Origin: a virus | DNA: 64,000 bases | Direction: 5' to 3' (one strand) | Virus record (IMG/VR): IMGVR_UViG_3300022562_001990 | Location: 5,440-69,439 of that record | In this document: positions 1 through 8,236 of the stretch, piece by piece | How positions within the stretch are numbered: position 1 is the stretch's first letter | Layout of the letters: every line of letters begins with the position of its first letter | Program-made: the position numbers and the translations under genes | Notes under the pieces: model-generated | What the model was told of the DNA's origin: nothing | Database searches by the model: none | The model's input: the letters and a program-made list of their open reading frames with translations, nothing else

Positions 1-1
1 T

Positions 2-376
2 TGTGTTGCCGAGAGCATCGTACTGGTCTTCTTCTCGGAAGGATGGGACACGGAGACCCGTTGTTGGTAGAGGCTTGGAGAGGATCTCGACCGACGACTC
101 AAGGCCGTTGACAGTGCACTTGATCCGGTAGGAGCCGGACAGTGTGTCGTCGGCATCGACGTTGAACCAGGGGTTCGGGGTTGTGGCGTCATTGATGGTT
201 GGCTCTGAAACGCCAAGCGGGTAGTCGTCCCACTCCCAAAAATAGGTTGCCCCTGAGTTGGCGGGCTCTGCATCGGACAGATCAACACGCTCGCCGGCGA
301 CCAGGTTGTTGCGGCCCTGTCCAGGGGTGCCGGCACCTGAGACGACACCGATGCTTTGAATGATGGGAAGTGCCAC
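2..376 (-). CDS. Ig/PKD-like putative virion protein, truncated at window edge (not in ORF track)
   Basis: GTG at 376 after AGGAGG. Reads MALPIIQSIGVVSGAGTPGQGRNNLVAGERVDLSDAEPANSGATYFWEW...GSYRIKCTVNG and stays open to the edge. Confidence 0.7.
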   Translation of the reverse strand, partial: MALPIIQSIGVVSGAGTPGQGRNNLVAGERVDLSDAEPANSGATYFWEWDDYPLGVSEPTINDATTPNPWFNVDADDTLSGSYRIKCTVNGLESSVEILSKPLPTTGLRVPSFREEDQYDALGNT

Positions 377-452
377 TATCTATCCTCCTGCGATTTCAGG
401 ACCATTGTACATCGTAGGGAAATATTGCGGAGGCCTGAGGTATCATGAGCTT

Positions 453-887
453 ATGCGACCAGATGCTATCAGGGATGCTGGTCTTCGCGAACTAGGAGTT
501 CACAGGAGACTGCGGGAAGTTGCCTTTTCTGGCAATGGGCACCCCCGACCCTATGGCGAACGCCAGCGTCTCCTCGAGGAGTACAAGGTAGAGCTCAAGA
601 AGACCAAGAAGAGTCTTGCAAGGAATCTCCATCCTGATGTGAACGGTGACCTCCCGGAGGAAGAGAGGAAGGCAAAGTCCGATGAATTCACGCGGGCAGT
701 TCGGGCCATCGACTTCGTCCTCGAGCTCGAGGTCAAACCCCCTCCGCCCCCTCAGCCGATGATGCGGCAAGGATTCGTGATCATCATCGGCGGAAACCCA
801 TGGGGAGGAATCTCGTTCGGCGGGGGAGGGACTAGCACCCAGACGACCTCGACGACCGCTGGGTTCTGGTCGGACATCGTCAGGTAG
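453..887 (+). CDS. J-domain (DnaJ-like) protein
   Basis: KKSLARNLHPDVN...DEFTRAVRA gives helix II-HPD-helix III, followed by a Pro-rich then G/F-rich tail. Start moved to ATG 453 to avoid the divergent gene. Confidence 0.8.
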   Translation: MRPDAIRDAGLRELGVHRRLREVAFSGNGHPRPYGERQRLLEEYKVELKKTKKSLARNLHPDVNGDLPEEERKAKSDEFTRAVRAIDFVLELEVKPPPPPQPMMRQGFVIIIGGNPWGGISFGGGGTSTQTTSTTAGFWSDIVR

Positions 888-953
888 CTAAAAAAACAAC
901 AGAGACGCTACGGGCCGGCGGGATTGCTGCGAAGCAACGCCCGCGGGCTGTAG
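885..953 (-). terminator. Hairpin plus U-tract, probable terminator of the minus-strand unit
   Basis: Imperfect stem 908-953, then TTTTTTTAGCTA on the minus strand, between convergent genes. Confidence 0.55.
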
Positions 954-1118
954 GATGTAGGTGTGTTTTGGTTGGTCTGCTTTCTGAGCCGCCATCGCTG
1001 GCGGATCATCGCCCTCTCTGAGAGGAACGACAGACTGCAGGATGTTCATCCGCTTGCAGGCTGCCTGGCTCGGTGCGACCGATGCGGGCTGTGGTGGGAT
1101 GACCTCCCCAGGGGGCCT

Positions 1119-1736
1119 CTACCCAAAAAGTGACTGCTGACCCATCCTGGGGAAGTCGAGCATGGCAATGCGCCCTTCTCTGCGCCCCTGGGCGCTGCCC
1201 TCGGGCCAGTGGAACCAACAGTACTCGCAGCTGTCCGTCTTGCCGTCGGGTCGAAACGATGGCCTCCAGGGAAGTTGGAAGCTGTCTGGGCAGTGTCGCT
1301 GTAGCCAGGGAGATCTCTCCTTGGTTCCAAACCAACCCTGGCGCTGAACGCACAGGACGATCCTGGCTCGCTCGAGCGCCGCCAGGACGAACTGGAAGGT
1401 GAGGCTGAACGGCGGATTCATGATGAGGACATCGGCGACCGGGTAGGGCCAGCTCCGATGAACGAAGTCGCCGTAGGGGGCGATGATGTCGCGCCCCGGC
1501 CGGCAGAGCTGAGATAGCTGAGGGTCGAACTCACCATTGAGCTCGCACATGATCCAGTTGATATCTCCGCGAAACTCGTTGACCGTGGAGACAATCCGCC
1601 CGGTCCCGGCGCATGGCTCAATCCAGGTTCCCCCTGGGATTTCGATGAGATCGGTCTCCAGCATCGAGATGATGGCATCTCGCGGCGTCGGGTAGAACTC
1701 ATTCTCCTCGACATCCTTACGACCCTTCGAGCTCAT
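1119..1736 (-). CDS. DNA amino-methyltransferase (N6-adenine/N4-cytosine type)
   Basis: FYPTP, SAM-binding WIEPCAGTG and catalytic IMNPPF motifs. Confidence 0.88.
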   Translation of the reverse strand: MSSKGRKDVEENEFYPTPRDAIISMLETDLIEIPGGTWIEPCAGTGRIVSTVNEFRGDINWIMCELNGEFDPQLSQLCRPGRDIIAPYGDFVHRSWPYPVADVLIMNPPFSLTFQFVLAALERARIVLCVQRQGWFGTKERSPWLQRHCPDSFQLPWRPSFRPDGKTDSCEYCWFHWPEGSAQGRREGRIAMLDFPRMGQQSLFG

Positions 1737-1987
1737 GCTCCCTCTGGCTGGATGGTTTCGACCATCCCCCTCGAAGAGAACTTCACGAGAGAGAGGGTTT
1801 TGCCAGACTCGTTGGCGAGCGCTTTGGCGAGCTCGAGGATCCTGGGTAGGCGGCGCCGGCTTCCAAGAAGCGGTTCCATTCCTCCGGTGGCCTCATCGAA
1901 GCCGATGGCAATTCCCTCTGCGCCATTGCTGTCGTGGCCGACGACGACATAAAGTTCTTCGATCTCGGCCTGTTCTGCTTTTCCCAT
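1733..1987 (-). CDS. Hypothetical protein (84 aa)
   Basis: MGKAEQAEIEELYVVVG...; its stop overlaps the methyltransferase start (ATGA). Confidence 0.65.
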   Translation of the reverse strand: MGKAEQAEIEELYVVVGHDSNGAEGIAIGFDEATGGMEPLLGSRRRLPRILELAKALANESGKTLSLVKFSSRGMVETIQPEGA

Positions 1988-2017
1988 GGTTACATTCCTG
2001 TGTGTTATCCTGCCTGC

Positions 2018-2440
2018 ATGGATCCGATAGCCATGCAGGGTTTTGCTGATGAGCTTGAAAAGATCGCAGGTCGCGGCGAAGCCGTGAGCCATGCGGTGAC
2101 AAGCCTCATGCGAAAGTTCAAGGGCACGGAGGTCGGAAAAAGTGGAGCCGGCCGCGCGATCCGCGGCACAGTGGCTCGACTCCAACGCTCCCCCGAATAC
2201 CGATCAGCCGTTGCTCGAGGCGCTGGCCTTGGTGCTGCGACGGGAGCGATTGGAAATGCTACTGCCGGTGGCGACGACCCGGTTCTTGAGCGCCTTGCTC
2301 GAGGTGCCGTTGGCGGCGCTCTTGCGGGCGCGCTTACTGGTGCCTCTCGACCTGGATGGTTTGGACGCAAGTCTGGCGTTGCCGAGGGCGAGCGGGTTGC
2401 CCGTCTTGGCAGCAAGCCTCGAGCTCGACGGACGAGGTGA
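2018..2440 (+). CDS. Glycine-zipper protein with FADELEKIA motif, putative head-internal/ejected protein
   Basis: MDPIAMQGFADELEKIAG, with two GxxxG zippers (GAGLGAATGAIG, GAVGGALAGALTG). An extended -10 box lies 6 nt upstream. Confidence 0.65.
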   Translation: MDPIAMQGFADELEKIAGRGEAVSHAVTSLMRKFKGTEVGKSGAGRAIRGTVARLQRSPEYRSAVARGAGLGAATGAIGNATAGGDDPVLERLARGAVGGALAGALTGASRPGWFGRKSGVAEGERVARLGSKPRARRTR

Positions 2441-2620
2441 GGCCTTCTTGGCCTTTGCCTTCTTGAGTCGTAGCTGATGTCTCTCGGAGAGTAGCTTTCG
2501 GACGAGGTCGCTGACGCTGGCGAAGCCCTCGTCACGGGCGAGCTTCTCAGCACGCTTCTTCTCTGACTCGGTTACCTGGGCAACCAGGCGGACCTGTCGT
2601 TTCGTTTCTTTCTTTGGCAT
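2204..2620 (-). CDS. Ribbon-helix-helix DNA-binding protein with basic tail
   Basis: VRLVAQVTESEKKRAEKLARDEGFASVSDLVRKLL fits the RHH pattern. AAGGA precedes ATG 2620. Confidence 0.7.
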   Translation of the reverse strand: MPKKETKRQVRLVAQVTESEKKRAEKLARDEGFASVSDLVRKLLSERHQLRLKKAKAKKASPRPSSSRLAAKTGNPLALGNARLASKPSRSRGTSKRARKSAANGTSSKALKNRVVATGSSISNRSRRSTKASASSNG

Positions 2621-2633
2621 GTCTTTTCCTTTT

Positions 2634-3056
2634 CTAGGTGTTTGTTTGAATCCCGACCCGGACAAGGAAATTCTTGGCCGCGTCGATCTGTAGGGATTCT
2701 TCTGCTGAGAACTCTACCTCCTCGTCTCTCATGACGAGGAGAATCGAGCACAGGGTTCGAACATGAGCAATCGCCTCATCCGCCGTAGCCATCCTGGAAG
2801 GATATGCGGCCTGACGGTTCTCCCTGATCCACGTCTTGACGTAGCGAAGGTGGTCGAGCTTCTGGTTGAGGGCGTGCTGAGCTCGCTTCTTCCAAGACCA
2901 GTATTCTTTGGAGGTGAGACGGTTCCCGTCCTCGTCAGTGCGCTGTTTGTCGCCGAGTTGGGCCTGGATGCTCTGCACGTCATTGGTGAGCTCGACGCGC
3001 AGGGCCTCTGCCTCTGCGAGGCTGGTTGGCTCGTCAAATGTGGTGGAACCGGACAT
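2634..3056 (-). CDS. Hypothetical helical protein
   Basis: 140-aa ORF in operon order with coiled-coil character. Confidence 0.7.
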   Translation of the reverse strand: MSGSTTFDEPTSLAEAEALRVELTNDVQSIQAQLGDKQRTDEDGNRLTSKEYWSWKKRAQHALNQKLDHLRYVKTWIRENRQAAYPSRMATADEAIAHVRTLCSILLVMRDEEVEFSAEESLQIDAAKNFLVRVGIQTNT

Positions 3057-3104
3057 GGCTGGGCCCTATCGACTGAAAGATGCCCCTGCACCATAAACCA
3101 TTCG

Positions 3105-3437
3105 CTAGCCCTTGTTGATGTTTTCTGTCCTTGACTCGAAGGCCTTTTTGAAGATTTCGCCGATGACCTGAACGGTCTCGGCCTGGAGGCTGTTGAGCAC
3201 GTCGTAGATCTTCGCCCCTCCGGTTCCGTTGTAGAGGTCGAACGCTACGCGCAAGACGATTTTCTCTCCGTGGCTGAGTGGGCTGACACCCTCATTCACG
3301 AGGGCAAGAGCTTCTCGGGCAGAATCGTTCGGGCCGAATGCCCCGACCTCCGAGTACTCCCACAGTCCCCGCAGGGGGTAGAACTCTTCCAGCATCTCTT
3401 TGCAGAGCCTGGCCATCTCTCGTTCACTGATTCTCAT
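3105..3437 (-). CDS. Hypothetical protein
   Basis: MRISEREMARL...LSHGEKIVLRVAFDLYNGTG; overlaps the end of the upstream gene. Confidence 0.65.
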   Translation of the reverse strand: MRISEREMARLCKEMLEEFYPLRGLWEYSEVGAFGPNDSAREALALVNEGVSPLSHGEKIVLRVAFDLYNGTGGAKIYDVLNSLQAETVQVIGEIFKKAFESRTENINKG

Positions 3438-3894
3438 GGGCTTCTTCCTTGTGTGCTTTGAACCACGCCATTCTCTCGAAGAGGTCGAGCCCCTCGAGGG
3501 GATTGCAGAAGTCCCAGTAGGCTTCTTGCTCGGAAGCCTCTGCGAGGATTGGCCGAATGTACGCCTGGCCAGCGTAGAAGACGATCCGAAGCCTCGTGAG
3601 TGGGTAGAGCATGATGAGCTCACTGATGACCCAGCGGGCCCACTGATGCTTGTGGTGGATAAGCATTTGGTTGATTGACAGGTCGTAGGGGTCAATCTCC
3701 TTGAATGGAGAGATGACCCCATGCTTTGCGGAGAGGATGAGCACGTCGTCTGACGTTCGTTCCGCGTGCTCATACGACATCCTGAATAGTCGCCCAGCGT
3801 AGAGGTCGCGAGCCTTCGCCCGGACCTCTAGCTTTTGTTTTCCACAGCCCACTAGGGCGACCGTTAGTGGGACAGTGTTCTCAAACCTAGCCAC
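3424..3894 (-). CDS. DUF6884/YaaA-like protein
   Basis: LVGCGKQK, ARDLYAGRLF, ILSAKHG and IDPYD motifs typical of DUF6884. GTG start with GGAG. Confidence 0.75.
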   Translation of the reverse strand: MARFENTVPLTVALVGCGKQKLEVRAKARDLYAGRLFRMSYEHAERTSDDVLILSAKHGVISPFKEIDPYDLSINQMLIHHKHQWARWVISELIMLYPLTRLRIVFYAGQAYIRPILAEASEQEAYWDFCNPLEGLDLFERMAWFKAHKEEAHENQ

Positions 3895-4159
3895 GTACTC
3901 CGCCGGAGCTGTAGAGGAGGGAGAGGATAGTCTTTCCCTCTTCGGTGATCTCAACAAGCTGCCCTCCCTTCTCTGTCTCAAACACTCGAAGCAGTCCTTC
4001 GTCCTGGAGATGGAAGACTGTGTTGACCACGGTCTCGCTCTTTCCGTCGACGAGGTTGTCCTTCATGTCATGGAGTGTTACCGCATGACCCCTATCGGCA
4101 AGCCTGGTGAGAATCCGCACTTCGAGCCAGTTCATGGCAAACGGATCTTTCTCGCTCAT
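3887..4159 (-). CDS. Small winged-helix protein
   Basis: ILTRL...VFHLQDEGLL...VEITEEGK winged-HTH pattern. Confidence 0.65.
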   Translation of the reverse strand: MSEKDPFAMNWLEVRILTRLADRGHAVTLHDMKDNLVDGKSETVVNTVFHLQDEGLLRVFETEKGGQLVEITEEGKTILSLLYSSGGVRG

Positions 4160-4169
4160 ACGAATCCTT

Positions 4170-5153
4170 TCACAGGCTAGCTTGCAGCCTGTCTGTCATT
4201 GAGTAGTCAAACTGAATCCCCTCCCTTTCTTCACGCTCCTGTTTGAATCCGAGCGCCTTGAGAATTGGGTCGATAACTCGAACCCTGTACTCATCCACTG
4301 ACTCCGATGATTTTTTTAGGTAGTCCCAGTCAACAGGAGTCCACTTCCAGGAGGACTCTGACCAGTTGAAGGGGTACTTGAGATCGACCACCAGGGCATT
4401 GCCATGAATGAACCTGGTACGGCCGGCGAGGACCACGAGACCACCTTGCTTCTCGGGCAGAGAGATCCCTGCCTTGCGGAGCTGCTTGGTGCTCTTGTCA
4501 CTGAACGGTTGCAGCCTGTCGTCCGGGTTTTCGTAGTACCGATTCGAGAACCCACCTAACCCAAGTATCCGCGCGTTCACCATGGCAGCCCTGAGCAGCC
4601 ACAGGTCGAGATCTACTCCGCCCATCATTAGGTTCTCCGTATGGACAACGCTGGAGATGAGAAAGCGGCCCGTTCCGCAGCAAGGGTCGAGCCCAGTCCG
4701 CCATCCACTTCTTGGTAGGTCGAAGAGCTGCATCTCGACCATTGCATGAACCACGGACATGGGTGTGAAGAATTGACCCAGGTTCGGGTTCGTCGCTTCG
4801 ATCTCCTCGAGGAGCTCGCCGATTGGCTCAGAGAACCAGGTGCGGTTCTCCTTTGCGATGCGAACCTCATCGAGCCAGCATTCGATGAACTCTGCAATCA
4901 GGGCTCCGTCGGGGAAGTGGTCCCAGAGCTTCTTGGAGATGCATGTCTCCGTCTTCCATCCGGTCCCCTGGGCGATCATCTCAAGCATGTACTCCCAGCA
5001 GCTTCGCGGAGATTCGTTGCAGTGGCGCTGAATCTCCTGGTGAAACGCTCTGAGTATCTTGAGGGGCTCACCCTTGTGGGGCGCGGAAGGGATCGAAGAC
5101 TTCTGGGTTTGCTGTAGGCGGCGAGCCCGTTTTCTCCGCGACCGCCTCCCCAT
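4170..5153 (-). CDS. N-6 DNA methylase-like protein lacking a canonical NPPY/F motif
   Basis: LGQFFTP, LDPCCGTGRF, GVDLD and HGNAL are present. ATG 5153 is coupled to the upstream TGA. Confidence 0.75.
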   Translation of the reverse strand: MGRRSRRKRARRLQQTQKSSIPSAPHKGEPLKILRAFHQEIQRHCNESPRSCWEYMLEMIAQGTGWKTETCISKKLWDHFPDGALIAEFIECWLDEVRIAKENRTWFSEPIGELLEEIEATNPNLGQFFTPMSVVHAMVEMQLFDLPRSGWRTGLDPCCGTGRFLISSVVHTENLMMGGVDLDLWLLRAAMVNARILGLGGFSNRYYENPDDRLQPFSDKSTKQLRKAGISLPEKQGGLVVLAGRTRFIHGNALVVDLKYPFNWSESSWKWTPVDWDYLKKSSESVDEYRVRVIDPILKALGFKQEREEREGIQFDYSMTDRLQASL

Positions 5154-5965
5154 CAGTACGAGCTCCGCGGGATAGGCTTGCCTGCGGTGACGTGCCAGAC
5201 AGTTCCGCAGTTGGAGCACTCAGAGTGAAACATGAACTCGAAAAGAGCCATGTCCTCGGAGTGAGGAATCTCATCGGGTGGGATGATATCTCCGCCTTCG
5301 TCGACGACCTGCAGCGGATGGCCACAGCAGACAATCCCGCCGTTGAGCTGGATGTCGCCAACGTACATGTTGGGGTCGGGGTTGACGCATTGCAGTCCCC
5401 CAGGCCTTGAGTGCTCGAATGCGCTGATCTCCGCAGGCTGGTGGTGAGGGACGGCGGAGACTTCTCTCTGTGGCTGGAAGGCAGCCAGTCCTCCTGGGGA
5501 CCGACGGGATCTCAGCTCATGGCGGCTTGGTGCCGCTGCGATCCCCGTGGGGCCGCTTTCGCGTCGAGCGATTGCGGACGGACTTGAGAATGCGTCAATG
5601 GGTGGCTTTGCTCTGCTCATTTGTATCTCCGGTAGGTCGTGCTCTGGGCACATGATCTTGATGTTGTCGAGAACGTCTTGGACATCTCCCTGAGAGGGGC
5701 GGTGCCCCGAGAAGAAGATCCGCTTGACGTCGGTACTGTCATACGAGACCGGCGAGACGAGCCCGCAGGTGAAGAAGTCCTGGAAGGACTCCCAATGCTC
5801 GTAGGGCGTGACCTCGACATGAGATCCCGCCCTGTATTCGTGGATGACCCTGGCCCAGGCTGCAAGGACAGGGTCGTCCTGGGCGGCTACGAGGAACCGC
5901 TCCAGCTCTCTCTTGTTCAGGGGAAGAACCTTCCCGCCAGTATCTCCTTCTCTCTGAAGTAGCAT
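5153..5965 (-). CDS. Hypothetical protein with C-terminal Zn-ribbon-like cysteines
   Basis: 270 aa; CCGH...CSNC near the C-terminus. Confidence 0.7.
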   Translation of the reverse strand: MLLQREGDTGGKVLPLNKRELERFLVAAQDDPVLAAWARVIHEYRAGSHVEVTPYEHWESFQDFFTCGLVSPVSYDSTDVKRIFFSGHRPSQGDVQDVLDNIKIMCPEHDLPEIQMSRAKPPIDAFSSPSAIARRESGPTGIAAAPSRHELRSRRSPGGLAAFQPQREVSAVPHHQPAEISAFEHSRPGGLQCVNPDPNMYVGDIQLNGGIVCCGHPLQVVDEGGDIIPPDEIPHSEDMALFEFMFHSECSNCGTVWHVTAGKPIPRSSY

Positions 5966-6264
5966 TTCGTGCAGCCATGAACGGTTGAGCTGTGAGAGAG
6001 GGCGTGGTCGGTAAGCGCCCAGAGGTAGTCCTTTTGGTAGAGGACAGCACCAGCCGGGGTTGTCTCCATCCTGTACCCAATCGGCTCTATGGCCCCTGCG
6101 TGGTGGAGAGAGATCAGTTCTTTGCGAACGGTGTCGATGTTCTCGCGAAGCTCGCGAGACAGGTCTCGTGTTGTCCAGCTCCCGTTCAAGAGCTTTTGCA
6201 GGATGGTTCCCTGCAGGATCTCATTCACGTATCTAGGCCTGAGCCTCAGTCCGTGATGTTGCAT
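5917..6264 (-). CDS. HTH domain protein
   Basis: ILQKLLNGSWTTRDLSRELRENIDTVRKELISLHHAGAI. Confidence 0.65.
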   Translation of the reverse strand: MQHHGLRLRPRYVNEILQGTILQKLLNGSWTTRDLSRELRENIDTVRKELISLHHAGAIEPIGYRMETTPAGAVLYQKDYLWALTDHALSHSSTVHGCTKCYFREKEILAGRFFP

Positions 6265-8233
6265 CTGGTACCTCCCAGTTCAGTTCAATTTGGTTGGACG
6301 AAGATCCCTTCTTCGCGAGGAAGGCATCGCGACTGAATTCCCCATCGGTGATGAGATCCGAGAGATTCTTCTTCTCTCGGACTACGTCGATGAGCTCTTC
6401 GTCAATGGTCTCGGGGCAGACAAGGAAGTAGAACGTCATGTTCCGCTTTTGCCCCGGTCGAGTGATTCGTCTGTAGCTCTGATAGAACTCCTCAAAGTTG
6501 TAGCTCAGGCTGTAGTAGAAGACGTAGTTCGCCTCTGTGAGCGTGAGCCCATGGCCGACGCTTGCTGGATGGCACACCAACACGCGAGCGTTCGGGTCGT
6601 TTTTGAATCGGGTGATAGCGTCGTCCTTCGCCTTAGAACTTATGCCTCCAAAGAGTCCACGAGCACCGTACTTGGCGTAGCGCTTGACGAGCGTCTTGCA
6701 CTCCCACTGATACTGGGCCCAGATGAGCGCCTTGTTCGGAGGTCCTTCGTCCCCAATCTTGTCGGCGATGGACTGCTCCAGGAGTTCGTCCAGCTCAACC
6801 ATTTTGGGGTTGTCCTTGGCCAACGGCGTTGGATCCTTGCCATCTGTGATGAGGAAGCCGCCGGTGATTTGTCTCAGCTTGATGAGCTTGGTCGCGGCCA
6901 CTTTCGCAGTGACCGGCTCGCCCTCGAGCTCGGTGAAGAGCATGTTCTCCATGTCTTCGTAGGCCTCACGCTGCTTTTCCGTCATCGCGATATCTCGAAT
7001 GAGGAATCGCTTTGGTGGCAGATCGACGCAGTCCTCGGTTCGGAACCGAATCATTCTCGGCTCCAGCGTTCGGTATACCTGAAGAGCGGCGCCCGGTTTG
7101 GGGCGCCACTTCGTGGCGTTGTGCGTCTTCCCGGACTTGTCTTTCCAAGTCACGTTCCTGAGGATCTTCTCCTCGGCGACTTCGTTCCTGTAGTCGGTGA
7201 ACGACGGCTGAAGTGTCTGCCCGTCGTCGAGGACCGAGAACTGCGCCCATAGGTCGAGGATTCCGTTTGGAGACGGAGTACCAGTCATGATGATGCATCG
7301 CTCGCAGAGGGAGCGGATTCGCTTGAGAGCCCGGTAGGTCCGAGAGGTTCGGGACTTGAGCTTCGAGCTCTCGTCGATGACCAGGCACACCTTGTACCCT
7401 TCCTTCTTCTTTGCCCGGCAGAGGTCTTTGATCCTCTTCTCCTTTGGGTCGGTACGAAGGTTCTCTGGGTTGACAACATAGACGTCGGCGTCCTGGGCAA
7501 ACCGCTCGCTCACCTTCTTCCGGTGGCGGGCCTGAGCACGACGCTTGGCTTTTGGTCTGTAGCTGGGATCCTCTTTCCTCGCGGCTCGCAGGGCAGCGCG
7601 CTCCTTTCTGCTCATCTCCGGGTCGTCGTCTGGCTCGTCCCAGTCCTCTCCGAGTACAGTTACGGAGCTGTCCTCGCGGAGACCGACGCATCGGAGGTCG
7701 GTGAAGGACTTGGAGTCTGCAATCCAGACGTGGTTAATAAGATTGACGGGACACACGACGAGGAAGACCCACTTCTCGCCCTTGCGGATGAGGCTGTCCG
7801 CAAAGGTGAGAACCATGTAGGTCTTCCCGGTCCCGCAGTCTCCGAAGAGCGCGGGCGTGTTCATCGCGTGGAGGAAGTTGAACCCTCTGATCTGGTGGGC
7901 GAACGGCGGCATCTTGAACTCATAGCTTCCGAACGGAACCGTCGTCGCCTTCGCCCTGACTCCGACCTTGCTCTCGTACTCGTATTGCTCGCGGTCTTCC
8001 TTCATTTTTGCGACCGCTGCCATGGTCGCTTCGTCCCGGCTGAGCTTGCAGCCCATTCGGCGGAGCTTCCGGAAGTTTTGCGGGCTTGCCATGCAAGAAA
8101 CCTCCGGAAGGTCTCCGATGGGATTCGCGGAGCCGATCATGTGCAAGATCTGCTCGCGCTGCCTCAGCCAGACTTGCTCGTCCGGGTCCTCAAGGCGGAC
8201 CCGGATCTTTCCTTTCACGACTCGCGCTTTCAT
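6233..8233 (-). CDS. SNF2-family (SF2) helicase/ATPase
   Basis: Walker A GDCGTGKT, motif II IDESS, motif III TGTP, HGLTLTEA and QSYRRITRPGQ. Confidence 0.92.
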   Translation of the reverse strand: MKARVVKGKIRVRLEDPDEQVWLRQREQILHMIGSANPIGDLPEVSCMASPQNFRKLRRMGCKLSRDEATMAAVAKMKEDREQYEYESKVGVRAKATTVPFGSYEFKMPPFAHQIRGFNFLHAMNTPALFGDCGTGKTYMVLTFADSLIRKGEKWVFLVVCPVNLINHVWIADSKSFTDLRCVGLREDSSVTVLGEDWDEPDDDPEMSRKERAALRAARKEDPSYRPKAKRRAQARHRKKVSERFAQDADVYVVNPENLRTDPKEKRIKDLCRAKKKEGYKVCLVIDESSKLKSRTSRTYRALKRIRSLCERCIIMTGTPSPNGILDLWAQFSVLDDGQTLQPSFTDYRNEVAEEKILRNVTWKDKSGKTHNATKWRPKPGAALQVYRTLEPRMIRFRTEDCVDLPPKRFLIRDIAMTEKQREAYEDMENMLFTELEGEPVTAKVAATKLIKLRQITGGFLITDGKDPTPLAKDNPKMVELDELLEQSIADKIGDEGPPNKALIWAQYQWECKTLVKRYAKYGARGLFGGISSKAKDDAITRFKNDPNARVLVCHPASVGHGLTLTEANYVFYYSLSYNFEEFYQSYRRITRPGQKRNMTFYFLVCPETIDEELIDVVREKKNLSDLITDGEFSRDAFLAKKGSSSNQIELNWEVPDATSRTEAQA

Positions 8234-8236
8234 CTG

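Noticed and set aside
975-1035. Hammerhead ribozyme
   Set aside because: A three-way junction is present, but the CUGAnGA core is not correctly placed on either strand.
6290-7252. Long antisense ORFs (also 23063-24493, 32255-33904, 50984-52420, 56633-57742)
   Set aside because: These are shadow frames of real genes, expected from GC-rich codon bias, and carry no motifs.
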